Source: Promethearchaeati archaeon SRVP18_Atabeyarchaeia-1 (GTDB taxonomy: Archaea > Asgardarchaeota > Atabeyarchaeia > Atabeyarchaeales > Atabeyarchaeaceae). From it: DNA of 64,000 nucleotides. Position 1 is the first letter of the stretch; every line of letters starts with the position of its first letter. Positions 1 through 9,094 of the stretch are shown here, one piece after another. Below the pieces are notes generated by a model, which had not been told where the DNA came from, made no database searches, and saw nothing but the letters and a program-made list of their open reading frames with translations. A program made the position numbers and the translations under genes. The stretch spans positions 2,560,001 through 2,624,000 of the forward strand of contig CP147779.1 in assembly GCA_037308085.1 (NCBI GenBank), given 5' to 3'.

Positions 1-793
1 CGACTCCGAAGAGCGCTGAGACTCCAAGCAAAACTCCAACGGCAATGAGCCAGTATGTCAGGTCGCCGCCCATGTTCCAAGCAAAGGGTATGACGTTTGT
101 GCTAGTCATAACTATTGGGAATGTGAAGGGAAGGCTTCCCAGTGCACCGAGTCCACCCATTCCGCCAAAGATCTTCGTAAGGTTCAGAATAATATTCAGC
201 GCCATGAGCACGCCCGAGCCACTGTCGTAGTATTTGATGACCGGCACGCCTGAGGAATTCAACGGGGGCGGCAAGGGTAGCGACGCGATGACGTCAGAGA
301 CCATAGAGCATGACCGACCGCCTATCGAAGCATTCGCAGGTGGCAGGGCGCCAATGTCGTCAGCCCATAGAACTGTTGGTGATCCGAAGTGTTCCAAGCC
401 AAAGAGATCGTAACCGCCTGCACCATCGATATGGCTGTCGGATAGCCTTATCGTCTCGGTGCCTTTCGTGCCCCCACTGCCGGCGCCCAGCACAGTGTTG
501 TTGAAATTGATGTACACGCTGATGTTCCAGCCTCCACTTATCGTAACGTGGGTGAGTGTGGTGCCTGACATGCTCCAATTGAATGCCATAAGTGCTGTTA
601 CTCTAAAGTATCCAGGCTGACCTGCCGTTATCCCCCAAGATGATGAATCTATGTTGAACCCTCCGAGATAGGTCGCGTATTTTCCGTCGCCGACCCAAGA
701 CTGGGCTGTCGCGGTTGCGGGAGTCGCCACAACCAATCCCAGAAATGTGCAGAGAAGTAGAATCCCGATGAGTCTAGACTTGACTTTGTTCAA
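1..793 (-). CDS. Secreted/membrane-anchored protein (3' end runs off the window)
   Basis: Hand-translated from TTG at 793: MNKVKSRLIGILLLCTFLGLVVATPATATAQ (signal peptide), then a Gly/Ser/Thr-rich body with N-x-S/T sequons and a hydrophobic segment (YWLIAVGVLLGVSALFGV) at the window edge; not in the ORF track. Confidence 0.75.
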   Translation of the reverse strand, partial: MNKVKSRLIGILLLCTFLGLVVATPATATAQSWVGDGKYATYLGGFNIDSSSWGITAGQPGYFRVTALMAFNWSMSGTTLTHVTISGGWNISVYINFNNTVLGAGSGGTKGTETIRLSDSHIDGAGGYDLFGLEHFGSPTVLWADDIGALPPANASIGGRSCSMVSDVIASLPLPPPLNSSGVPVIKYYDSGSGVLMALNIILNLTKIFGGMGGLGALGSLPFTFPIVMTSTNVIPFAWNMGGDLTYWLIAVGVLLGVSALFGV

Positions 794-960
794 CTGGTGA
801 TTTCACTCTCTATTAGAAGTAGTTCTCATTGATGACTAGTCGGCAATCGGGCAATTTAAGCTTTACCAGAGAAGAAGCCGATTCAAAAAGGTGTAAGAGA
901 GAATCGCAGTGTGCAGGTTGGAGAAATAGGGGACAACGTATAAATGAAGTGAGGGGTAGG

Positions 961-1509
961 CTACGCCTTGCCCTCTTCAGTAACTGGAAGCTCTCTGATG
1001 CACCTTATCTCAGTGACGCACGATTGCCCCCCCGATGTTCTGCACTGAATCTCTCTTCCAATTCCTTCGAATCCCCTGAGAGTAAGAACCTCGAGGAATA
1101 CTCCAGCTATTGAATTACAGTACTTTAGATCCTTGTACTCGGGTGCCAACGTCACTCCCCGGCACATGGGACAGTCCTTGTCCTCGAAGATAATTCGTTC
1201 TCCTTCTGCGTCATTTATGTAAGTGACTTTGTCGAACTCCTTGCCGAAATTGTACTTGTAGGCAAGGTTCAAGGTGTCCTTAAATTCCTTGAAGGAGGCT
1301 GCGTGTTTCGCAACGGAGTCATGGAATCTGGCAAGGAGTTTTGGTGCCATCGCTCTTCCTTTTGCCAGGATGTCTTCATTTGTCTTCGGCACGTTTCCAT
1401 CGTTGACTTGAAGCAGAAGCTCGACCAATGTTCCATACAGAGCCTGCAGTAAGGTCAGGTTAGTTTTCTCGGCCATGAACCTCCATGCGATTCTGCCCCT
1501 CATTCCCAA
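961..1509 (-). CDS. V4R (4-vinyl reductase)-domain protein
   Basis: DCPMC...YCNSIAG...EIQCRTSGGQSC pattern typical of V4R; true start may be MAEKT at ~1476. Confidence 0.75.
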   Translation of the reverse strand: MGMRGRIAWRFMAEKTNLTLLQALYGTLVELLLQVNDGNVPKTNEDILAKGRAMAPKLLARFHDSVAKHAASFKEFKDTLNLAYKYNFGKEFDKVTYINDAEGERIIFEDKDCPMCRGVTLAPEYKDLKYCNSIAGVFLEVLTLRGFEGIGREIQCRTSGGQSCVTEIRCIRELPVTEEGKA

Positions 1510-1518
1510 TTGAATTCT

Positions 1519-2274
1519 CTACCCCCTGATTATTTCTTTCAAATCTACTTTGCCTTGGTTCTTGTACTTGTTTGCGATCTGCAGGGCATCAAAGAAGGGA
1601 ACCCTAAGTCTCTTAGCGATATCATTCAGACTCAGTTTACCGTCAAACAGCTCGAGGAATTTCCGGTCCTTTTCCGGGCACCTCTCCAAGATCTTAAAGT
1701 CCGTCAAGACTGGAACCATGACTCGCTCAGTTAATTTGCCCTTGGCTGGTACCGACGCTGCCACCGGAGCAACTTGAGGCGCGTTGACTACACTCGCGGT
1801 CGGCTGAGGAGGAGGTGCTGGAGTCTCAGGCTCCTCAATTGTGTTTTCCGCAGGCAGAGGAGGGCTTGACTCAGTTTCAACTACTGCTTCCTTGGAAGCC
1901 TGCTCGCCACCTGGCTTCGCTTCCTCAAGCAGGATAAGCTCATCTAGAAGCTTTCCGAATTTGTCTCTCAGCGAGCTCATCTTAGTGAGTACGATTCCTA
2001 TTTTCTTGTCTGTTATAACTATTAAGATCGCTTTGTTGGAGACCCTTGAGGCTATGATCGTCTTTGAGGCATCCAATGCCAGGGACAAGTTGTCTCCCTG
2101 CCCCATCATAAGTAGGCTGTCGTAGAATGGCGAGATCTTGGCCATTGCAGTCTTGCTTAGATCAGTGTAGAGCACTCTGCCCGAAGTTGAGACCACAGCC
2201 ATTTCAAGGACCGTAGGTATACCTAGGGTCGTCAGTTCTTTTCTGATAGCTTCGGAAAGGCTAGCTAGGCTCAA
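1519..2274 (-). CDS. Roadblock/longin-like domain + Pro/Glu-rich linker + C-terminal winged helix
   Basis: N-terminal MAVVSTSGRVLYTDL...ILIVITDKKIGIVL resembles the roadblock/profilin fold; low-complexity linker; LELFDGKLSLNDIAKRL wHTH; likely TTG start at 2274 (track ORF begins 2388). Confidence 0.6.
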   Translation of the reverse strand: MSLASLSEAIRKELTTLGIPTVLEMAVVSTSGRVLYTDLSKTAMAKISPFYDSLLMMGQGDNLSLALDASKTIIASRVSNKAILIVITDKKIGIVLTKMSSLRDKFGKLLDELILLEEAKPGGEQASKEAVVETESSPPLPAENTIEEPETPAPPPQPTASVVNAPQVAPVAASVPAKGKLTERVMVPVLTDFKILERCPEKDRKFLELFDGKLSLNDIAKRLRVPFFDALQIANKYKNQGKVDLKEIIRG

Positions 2275-2463
2275 AGGTGATGCCCCACAGCTCCTGAAAG
2301 CACATCTACATTCAAAATAGGTTGAATTGTTCAGCCTTATTGATTTTTCCCTAGATGCGATCGATCTGTCCTTCCACTTCACGCTCATCGCAAGAAGAAA
2401 GAGGCGTCACCAGAAATTCAACTGCATCCTTTCCCATGATTGTTTGCCAACCTATCCATTACG

Positions 2464-2498
2464 CTTAAATAACTGATGCGATATGTCGTATTCGATAT
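2464..2498 (+). promoter_or_regulatory. TATA box with candidate PadR operator
   Basis: CTTAAATA-N7-CGATATGTCG; the same TATA-N7-CGATAT arrangement recurs at 3088-3108. Confidence 0.45.
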
Positions 2499-3092
2499 TT
2501 GCGCGTGCCGCATGGGGTGTTCTCGATGAGCTCGCGAGTACCACACACAGTGCCGCGAGGGCTTCTAAGATTCTACATACTCTCGCTTCTGACAAAGAAA
2601 CCCATGAAGGGCTATGAAATAATCAGGGACATAGAGGACAGAACATCTGGCGTTTGGAAACCCGGGCCAGGCTCAATATATCCAATGCTCGAATCTATGA
2701 AGAAGGAAGGCATGGTACAGGCAAGTCCCTCCCCGAAGGGTGGGATGAGGCCAAGAAGGGGAACAAGCCTCCAAATCACTGAAAAGGGGAAAGGAGAGCT
2801 AAGCCGGTTCAGGGAAAACCTCAAGCATGGAATGCCTGCCCGGGCCAGGAGCCTCTACCTCGTGTTTGCGGACATAGCCTACCCCGGGCTCGAGTTTGAC
2901 GAGGTGATGCTTGCTGAGCGCAAGAGAGAGGTTGAGAGACTTCAAACGGTCTTCGGCGACGAGTATTGGGGCACTGTTTCAGCGGAAAAGAAGAGGCGGT
3001 TCATTGAGAGATACGCGAAAATTCTTCAAGAAGAGCTGGAACTAGTGAAAACCAAGCTAGGTTCTGCTCATGAAGATAATGGCAAAGCTTAA
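2499..3092 (+). CDS. PadR-family transcriptional regulator
   Basis: LRFYILSLLTKKPMKGYEIIRDI...WKPGPGSIYPML...ITEKG; probable start ATG 2527. Confidence 0.92.
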   Translation: MRVPHGVFSMSSRVPHTVPRGLLRFYILSLLTKKPMKGYEIIRDIEDRTSGVWKPGPGSIYPMLESMKKEGMVQASPSPKGGMRPRRGTSLQITEKGKGELSRFRENLKHGMPARARSLYLVFADIAYPGLEFDEVMLAERKREVERLQTVFGDEYWGTVSAEKKRRFIERYAKILQEELELVKTKLGSAHEDNGKA

Positions 3093-3120
3093 ATATCTAA
3101 TACGATATCTAACACGACAT
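3088..3120 (+). promoter_or_regulatory. TATA box and 12-bp direct repeat upstream of ABC ATPase
   Basis: CTTAAATA overlapping ATATCTAATACG-ATATCTAACACG tandem repeat. Confidence 0.45.
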
Positions 3121-3161
3121 TACTAACAGGTAACAAACAAACAAACTTTCCACAGGATGGA

Positions 3162-4331
3162 ATGGAAATGGCTAACGCAATAGAAGTAGCAAAACTCACA
3201 AAAATCTATCCCGGAGGACTCAAGGCAGTCGACGAAGTCTCCTTCAACATAGAAGAAGGGGAGATATTCGGTTTCCTAGGTCCCAACGGAGCAGGGAAAA
3301 CAACCACCATCATGATGCTGATCACACTAACAAATCCCACTAGCGGGACTGCGAAGATCCGCGGACATGACATCCAAACTGAGAGAGACGCAGTTAGAAA
3401 TTGCATTGGATACGTTAGTCAGGATGTCGCAGTGGACGACCAGCTCACAGGACGAGAGAACATATTGCTTCAAGGAAAATTCTACCACCTGCCCAAAGAT
3501 ACGCTCAAGCAACGCAGCGATGAGGTTCTTGAGATGCTCGATTTGACGGATAGAGCAAAGGACAAAGTTGAAACGTACTCTGGTGGCATGCGAAAACGCC
3601 TAGACATAGCTGAAGGGCTGATTCACAGGCCGGAAGTCTTGTTCCTGGACGAGCCAACACTTGGGCTGGACATTCAGACAAGGGAGAGGATCCACGAATA
3701 CATCAGACGTCTACAAAAAGAGAAGAATATGACGATATTTATTACGACGCACTATATGGAGGAAGCCGACCAGCTATGCGACAGGGTCGCTATAATAGAT
3801 CATGGACAAATAAAAGCCATGGGCGACCCGGAGACACTCAAGGGTGGTGTCGGCGGCGATGTGGTCACCTTGAAGATCGCACCTGAATCCAAAGACAAGA
3901 TACAGGAAACGCTAGCCGAGATCAAGAAACAGCCATTCTTTGAGAATATAATAGAGGTAAAGACAGGACCACCCGAAATACCGCCTCAAGTTGCTGAGAT
4001 GATGAAGAAAACGGCGGGTAAGGGTGGCGGTCTCGCAGCGATGGCTGGAAAAATCGACCCAGAGATTTTGAAGTCCATGCAGGCAACCAGGAAGTCAGGG
4101 ATCAACGGAGACAACGTCTTTAACATCATCGTAAAGGATGGCGCAACAGCCCTTCCTCAGATATTCAAAGTAGCGGAGAATATGGGAGCTATAATAGCTA
4201 GCATATCGGTGAAAAGGCCATCTCTCGATGATGTGTTCCTTGCGTATACTGGAAGAGCACTACGTGAAGAGGAAGGCAGCAGGATGGAACATATGATGCA
4301 AGCATTCAGAATGAGGAGAGCGAGACAATAA
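3162..4331 (+). CDS. ABC exporter ATP-binding subunit (DrrA-like)
   Basis: GPNGAGKTT Walker A, YSGGM signature, LFLDEPT Walker B, TTHYMEEA H-loop, PSLDDVFLAYTG C-terminal motif. Confidence 0.95.
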   Translation: MEMANAIEVAKLTKIYPGGLKAVDEVSFNIEEGEIFGFLGPNGAGKTTTIMMLITLTNPTSGTAKIRGHDIQTERDAVRNCIGYVSQDVAVDDQLTGRENILLQGKFYHLPKDTLKQRSDEVLEMLDLTDRAKDKVETYSGGMRKRLDIAEGLIHRPEVLFLDEPTLGLDIQTRERIHEYIRRLQKEKNMTIFITTHYMEEADQLCDRVAIIDHGQIKAMGDPETLKGGVGGDVVTLKIAPESKDKIQETLAEIKKQPFFENIIEVKTGPPEIPPQVAEMMKKTAGKGGGLAAMAGKIDPEILKSMQATRKSGINGDNVFNIIVKDGATALPQIFKVAENMGAIIASISVKRPSLDDVFLAYTGRALREEEGSRMEHMMQAFRMRRARQ

Positions 4332-5149
4332 TGGTATCACGAGCACTTCAAGACACATGGTATGTGTGCTGGAGAGAGCTTAAGCACTTCGTCAGATCAA
4401 GGGCACTGGTACTAACAACCCTAATCACGCCTTTCATATGGCTGGCATTCATGGGTAACATGTTCAATTTCGGCAGTCTTAACCTTGGATTCCCGCTACC
4501 ACCCGGCTTCAATCTCACACAGCTAATCTTCGGCGCAGCAAGCTACTTGGCGTTCTTCACACCAGGCATAATAACGATGACTACACTCATGGGCGGGATA
4601 ATGGGAGGGAACACAATAGTCTGGGATCGCCGACTCGGGTTTCTCAACAAGATGCTAGCGGCACCCATTTCGAGGACATCCATAGCCACAGGCAAGATAA
4701 TCGCGTCGAGTATCAGGACAGGTATGCAAGCAGGGATAATAGGCTTGATAGCCGTTTTTGCGCTGGGCGTGCCAGTGGCGACTGGTCCGATAGGATTTGT
4801 CCTAGCAATACTGATAGGCATGTTGCTGGGTTTGGGTTTCGCAAGTCTGTCTATGGCAATAGCGGCTACACTCAAGAACATGGAAACCATGTTTGCTGTA
4901 ATGCAATTGCTCATGTTTCCACTTCTATTCATGAGTCCTGCGATGTTCCCATTGAGTATGATGCCATCATGGCTAAACACGGCGGCGAGCTTCAATCCGG
5001 TGACCTACGGAGTACTTCCAATAAGAGCACTGTTCATAAATGACTGGGGCACCTTCTTTGGTCTTCTGCCAGATCTCGCCGTAATAGGAGTATTCTCTTT
5101 GGTCATGATAACCATCGCGACCGCCCTCTTCAGGAGAAGCGTTTCCTAA
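4331..5149 (+). CDS. ABC-2 type permease (DrrB-like)
   Basis: Six hydrophobic segments, WDRRLGFLNKMLAAPISR, NPVTY motif. Confidence 0.92.
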   Translation: MVSRALQDTWYVCWRELKHFVRSRALVLTTLITPFIWLAFMGNMFNFGSLNLGFPLPPGFNLTQLIFGAASYLAFFTPGIITMTTLMGGIMGGNTIVWDRRLGFLNKMLAAPISRTSIATGKIIASSIRTGMQAGIIGLIAVFALGVPVATGPIGFVLAILIGMLLGLGFASLSMAIAATLKNMETMFAVMQLLMFPLLFMSPAMFPLSMMPSWLNTAASFNPVTYGVLPIRALFINDWGTFFGLLPDLAVIGVFSLVMITIATALFRRSVS

Positions 5150-5159
5150 GGTAAACCCC

Positions 5160-5192
5160 TATTCCTTCCTTTTTCTTTGAAAGCCTTTTTTT
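5160..5192 (+). terminator. T-rich archaeal terminator
   Basis: CCTTCCTTTTTCTTTGAAAGCCTTTTTTT directly after the permease stop. Confidence 0.45.
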
Positions 5193-5336
5193 GGAGTTCG
5201 CCCCAGTAGCCCGCCTTCCGCCAGCGTCTCTCGCACAGAACAATCATGGTTCCGCAACCTATATTGTCGGGTTTGATCACCATATGAAACGTGTCGCGCT
5301 GATCAAAAGCAGAATTGTGATGTGGTGTTTTAGACA

Positions 5337-6116
5337 ATGGTCGTCCGATTTCTTAATGACACTTGGAACGTCTGTTGGAGGGAGTTGATATATTTCCGAA
5401 GGTCGAGGAGCGCGATGTTTTCAACCTTGATCCAGCCTATCGCGTGGCTTGCATTCATGGGAAACATCTTCCAGTTACCGGAAAACATCATGCAGGGATA
5501 TTTTGGCACGGCAACATATCTTCAGTTCTTTACCCCAACCGTCGTGGTAATGGTCGCGGTTTTGGGGGGGATTCTTGGAGGCTATTCAATAATTACCGAT
5601 GTCCAGAAAGGGTTTTTCCGCAAGATGCTTGTTGCTCCAATTGCTAGAGGAGGTATAGCGGCAGGCAAGACACTCTCCTTCAGTCTGAAGGTCGGCGCAC
5701 AAGCACTAATAATCTGTGGGATAGCACTCTTTATGGGCGTGACAGTATCTAGTAGTCTCCCTGGCATCGTAGCCGTGATTTTGATCGCGATGCTCCTTAG
5801 TTTCGCGTTTGGTGGTTTGTCCCTCGCGGTCGCAATCTCAGCGAAGAACATCGAGGCTCACCAAGCGATCCTGAACATGCTCGCCCTGCCCTTGGTTTTT
5901 CTGAGCCCGTCCATATCGTCCTTCCAGTCCATGCCGTCTTGGTTTGCCACCATAGCCAGGTTTAATCCAGTGACTTATGCCATAGAGCCGATTCGGACAA
6001 TCATGACCAGTGGATGGGATTTGGCTATCATTCTGCCAGATCTTCTCGTTGTCGGAGCCTTTTCAGCGGTAATGATATCCCTCGCGACCATGCTCTTCAG
6101 AAGATGGAGGATCTAG
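5337..6116 (+). CDS. Second ABC-2 type permease (paralogue)
   Basis: Paralogue of 4331-5149 (DTWNVCWREL, KMLVAPI, FNPVTY). Confidence 0.92.
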   Translation: MVVRFLNDTWNVCWRELIYFRRSRSAMFSTLIQPIAWLAFMGNIFQLPENIMQGYFGTATYLQFFTPTVVVMVAVLGGILGGYSIITDVQKGFFRKMLVAPIARGGIAAGKTLSFSLKVGAQALIICGIALFMGVTVSSSLPGIVAVILIAMLLSFAFGGLSLAVAISAKNIEAHQAILNMLALPLVFLSPSISSFQSMPSWFATIARFNPVTYAIEPIRTIMTSGWDLAIILPDLLVVGAFSAVMISLATMLFRRWRI

Positions 6117-6128
6117 GGAACCCGTCTC

Positions 6129-7514
6129 TCAGTGCTTTGCAAGCCTCTTGGCTTTCTCCAGGTGAAGGGTTTCTACATCTTTCTTCAGCCTTGTGAGCGT
6201 TCCTCCAACAAGCGGGTACTTTGACAGTACTATTAGTCCCAGCACGAGCGGAACAAGAGTTATCAGCCCCATGAGCATGCGTATCCCGAGCACAGCAGAT
6301 GCAGGCTGGACTGTCGTCCCGGATATGTAGCCTGAGAATGCCAAGACGCCCGTCACTATCAGCCCTGAGACTGAAGTTGAGAGCTTTACTATGAAACCAG
6401 ATATCCCCGTGTACATTCCTTCTCTCCTAGCGTCCGTTTTGAGTTCATCCTCGTCGCAAACGTCGGCAAGCATCATTGTTGGGATCAGCATTGGTCCTGC
6501 CAAGCCAATGCCTGCAATAATGAGCACTAGTATGGCTTCGATAGTCTCTGTTATGAACAGGGTCATGAAGAGTGCAATCATGAGAATTACGATCGAAACT
6601 GACAATGCTTTTCTAGGGCCACTTCTTTGGCTGAACTTCACCCATACAAACAATGAGAGAAGGATAGAGGCGAACATTATCAGAAGAAGCATGAAAAGAT
6701 TGCCCCCCAGTACGTCGTTAACGTAGAAGGGAATCGTCGCAACCGCTATAGAATATGTCAATTGTAGTGTCAACTGGGTGCCCAGGTATGTAAGGAAAGA
6801 CCTGTTCCTGACAGATTTGGACAATGCCTGGCCAAATGGGAGGGGCTTATCCAAGCTGAACTCGGGGTGCTCCCTGACGGAGATTACGGGCATGTAGAAT
6901 GAGACCAATATTATGACGCACAGCATTAGTGCTATCTTGTCCCAGCCGTATCCCATGCCGACGAGCAAAGATGGTACCGCGTAGGCGAACGCGAGTCCGA
7001 GTATTCCGAAAACCTGGAGATACGAGGATATCTCGAGCCTATCACTCATGCTTGTTGAGATCTCAGGGTACATGGCATACCAAAGTGTCGACATTGTCAG
7101 GAAGGTATCGTAGACGCATAGGAGTACTACAAGGATTATGAACATCACGAACACGTCTGTCGAGGCTATTGGGTTCCACAGAAGGTAGTAGAAGATGGCA
7201 AGAAAAGGAACTCCGAAGATTATGAATGGCTTCCTCCGTCCCCATCTAGTTCTTGTTTTGTCTGACCACTGACCTATCAGCGGGTCATTTGACGCGTCCC
7301 AAATTGTGAAAATGAGAAGCGCTATCCCAACCAGTAGTATTCCAGTTTGTGACTTACCTAGAACCGTTCCATGCACATAGTTCCATATTAGATACATGCC
7401 CACGGCTTGTGGCGCCATCAAGCTACCGAAATTGGTGAGACCAAAACCCACCTTTCTTTTCCTGCTCAGAGACAACCTCGAACGTCTCCTCCAGAACATT
7501 AGCGTCGCAGGCAT
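6129..7514 (-). CDS. MFS transporter, glycoside-pentoside-hexuronide (MelB-like) family
   Basis: WDASNDPLIGQWSDKTRTRWGRRKPF; ADVCDEDELKTDARREGMY. Confidence 0.9.
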   Translation of the reverse strand: MPATLMFWRRRSRLSLSRKRKVGFGLTNFGSLMAPQAVGMYLIWNYVHGTVLGKSQTGILLVGIALLIFTIWDASNDPLIGQWSDKTRTRWGRRKPFIIFGVPFLAIFYYLLWNPIASTDVFVMFIILVVLLCVYDTFLTMSTLWYAMYPEISTSMSDRLEISSYLQVFGILGLAFAYAVPSLLVGMGYGWDKIALMLCVIILVSFYMPVISVREHPEFSLDKPLPFGQALSKSVRNRSFLTYLGTQLTLQLTYSIAVATIPFYVNDVLGGNLFMLLLIMFASILLSLFVWVKFSQRSGPRKALSVSIVILMIALFMTLFITETIEAILVLIIAGIGLAGPMLIPTMMLADVCDEDELKTDARREGMYTGISGFIVKLSTSVSGLIVTGVLAFSGYISGTTVQPASAVLGIRMLMGLITLVPLVLGLIVLSKYPLVGGTLTRLKKDVETLHLEKAKRLAKH

Positions 7515-7565
7515 GCAGACTAACTAAGTCGCCCAGTTGATTTCATGCACCCTAAATATAAGCAT

Positions 7566-8681
7566 TTATGTGGTGCTCAATCTGAGCTGGGTTGACGAAG
7601 CTGCCCTCTTCTGCAGAGTTTTCAGGCTGAACGGATACTGCAGTGCAAGTTCTGGTGCTCCGCATGGGGGTTCTTTCGGGTTTGGGCAGCTTCTGATGCA
7701 GTCGGCGTTGCATATCGGCTCGAAGGCGCCTTCACTACTTCTCATCATCATGTACGAGTTTGGTGAGCCCTCGCAGTGAAGTATGGAAGTGGAATCATAG
7801 GACTTGTCAAGTTCCATGCATACAGCGTAGGTTAGCCCGAGTCTCTCGGCCTCAGTTCTGAGGGTCCTGTGGAATTCTTCGCGCTTCCTTCTCGGGACTC
7901 TCAACCATCTGCCTTCATTAGCGTAGTTCTTCTTGACTCTATCCGCAGCTTTCTCCATTCCCGCCATCGTGAGACGGTCTTTCAACTCTTTCATTCCCAC
8001 TGCATCGAACCGGGTCGTACTTGATATTATATGCTTAGCGCCGACCCTCATAGCCGTCTCTAGGAGATGATGCAATTCATCAGGCTCGTCAGTAAATCCA
8101 AATACTATCGGGTCCATTCGCGCAACAGTATAGAAACCCTTTGAAGCGAATAATCTCAGAGTCTCGATCCTGTCTTCAATGGGTGAGGAATTTGGGGAGA
8201 GTATCTGTCGCTTCTCATCATTGATTGTATCAAGAGACACCTCAAGGAAGAAATATGGGTATTTGTCAAAGCCAGGCACCTCTAGGATCTTCCGAACTAG
8301 GCTACTCTTCGTCACTATATGAAACGAGACCCCAAATCGTATTATCGTCTTCACAGTTTCGAGGGCGGATTGGGTTACCTCGTCTATCGGCTGAAACACG
8401 TCTGTCGTTGCACAGAGGTAGAGGGGCGGGCATAGAGTCATGCTCGAGAGCTCCCTCTCAAGTTTCTCTGCAACGTTTCTGTAGTAAACGACTTCCCCAG
8501 TTTTCTCTGGATGAACACTCCACTTGTATCCCCTAGCGTAACAATAAGCGCAGAGATGCACACACTGGCCTGGAGGGGTCAAATTGATCAGGCCCATATG
8601 AGGGCATTTCCTCGAGTTGAGTCCGTACATGAAGTCGTGTATCACTCCGCCTCTCAAGTCAAGAGAAGTCGCTTTGAACAC
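7566..8681 (-). CDS. Radical SAM protein, SplB/spore-photoproduct-lyase-like family
   Basis: CVHLCAYCYAR CxxxCxxC motif, TDVFQP, IVTKS, RMDPI. Confidence 0.85.
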   Translation of the reverse strand: MFKATSLDLRGGVIHDFMYGLNSRKCPHMGLINLTPPGQCVHLCAYCYARGYKWSVHPEKTGEVVYYRNVAEKLERELSSMTLCPPLYLCATTDVFQPIDEVTQSALETVKTIIRFGVSFHIVTKSSLVRKILEVPGFDKYPYFFLEVSLDTINDEKRQILSPNSSPIEDRIETLRLFASKGFYTVARMDPIVFGFTDEPDELHHLLETAMRVGAKHIISSTTRFDAVGMKELKDRLTMAGMEKAADRVKKNYANEGRWLRVPRRKREEFHRTLRTEAERLGLTYAVCMELDKSYDSTSILHCEGSPNSYMMMRSSEGAFEPICNADCIRSCPNPKEPPCGAPELALQYPFSLKTLQKRAASSTQLRLSTT

Positions 8682-8866
8682 CTGCTAATCTACCTCACAA
8701 ACCAGCAACAAAAACCTGCATAGATAGTTCGTTTTTTCCAATCTTCACTGAGGTTAAAAGGCATATAAGCAATATTCGTACAATTAATCCTCAGTTCCCA
8801 AAGAAAGTTCTATCTCAAGGGTTAAGAGCCCGGAAAACGATTGTTAGTGAGGAGGAGACTGAAGGT

Positions 8867-9094
8867 TTGAAGCACGTCGTCATAGAGAGGCTGGGACCTG
8901 AGGGACACTCGGCCCTAGAAACAGATATTGACAGTGCGATCATCCTATTGGCTGATGAGATTGCTCGCGGATGTGTGATCTACTGTAGGAACAACCAGCA
9001 ACAATTCAAAGACGAAGAAGACCTCAGATTGTTTGAAAACTCCGCCGAGGAACCTGTTCGGGTAATGGTGATACCACCTATAGTGGGTGGATAG
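8867..9094 (+). CDS. Divergent ubiquitin-like (beta-grasp) protein with C-terminal diglycine
   Basis: 75 aa ending VRVMVIPPIVGG-stop; beta-beta-alpha-beta-beta-like pattern; GAGGAG SD upstream of the TTG start. Confidence 0.7.
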   Translation: MKHVVIERLGPEGHSALETDIDSAIILLADEIARGCVIYCRNNQQQFKDEEDLRLFENSAEEPVRVMVIPPIVGG

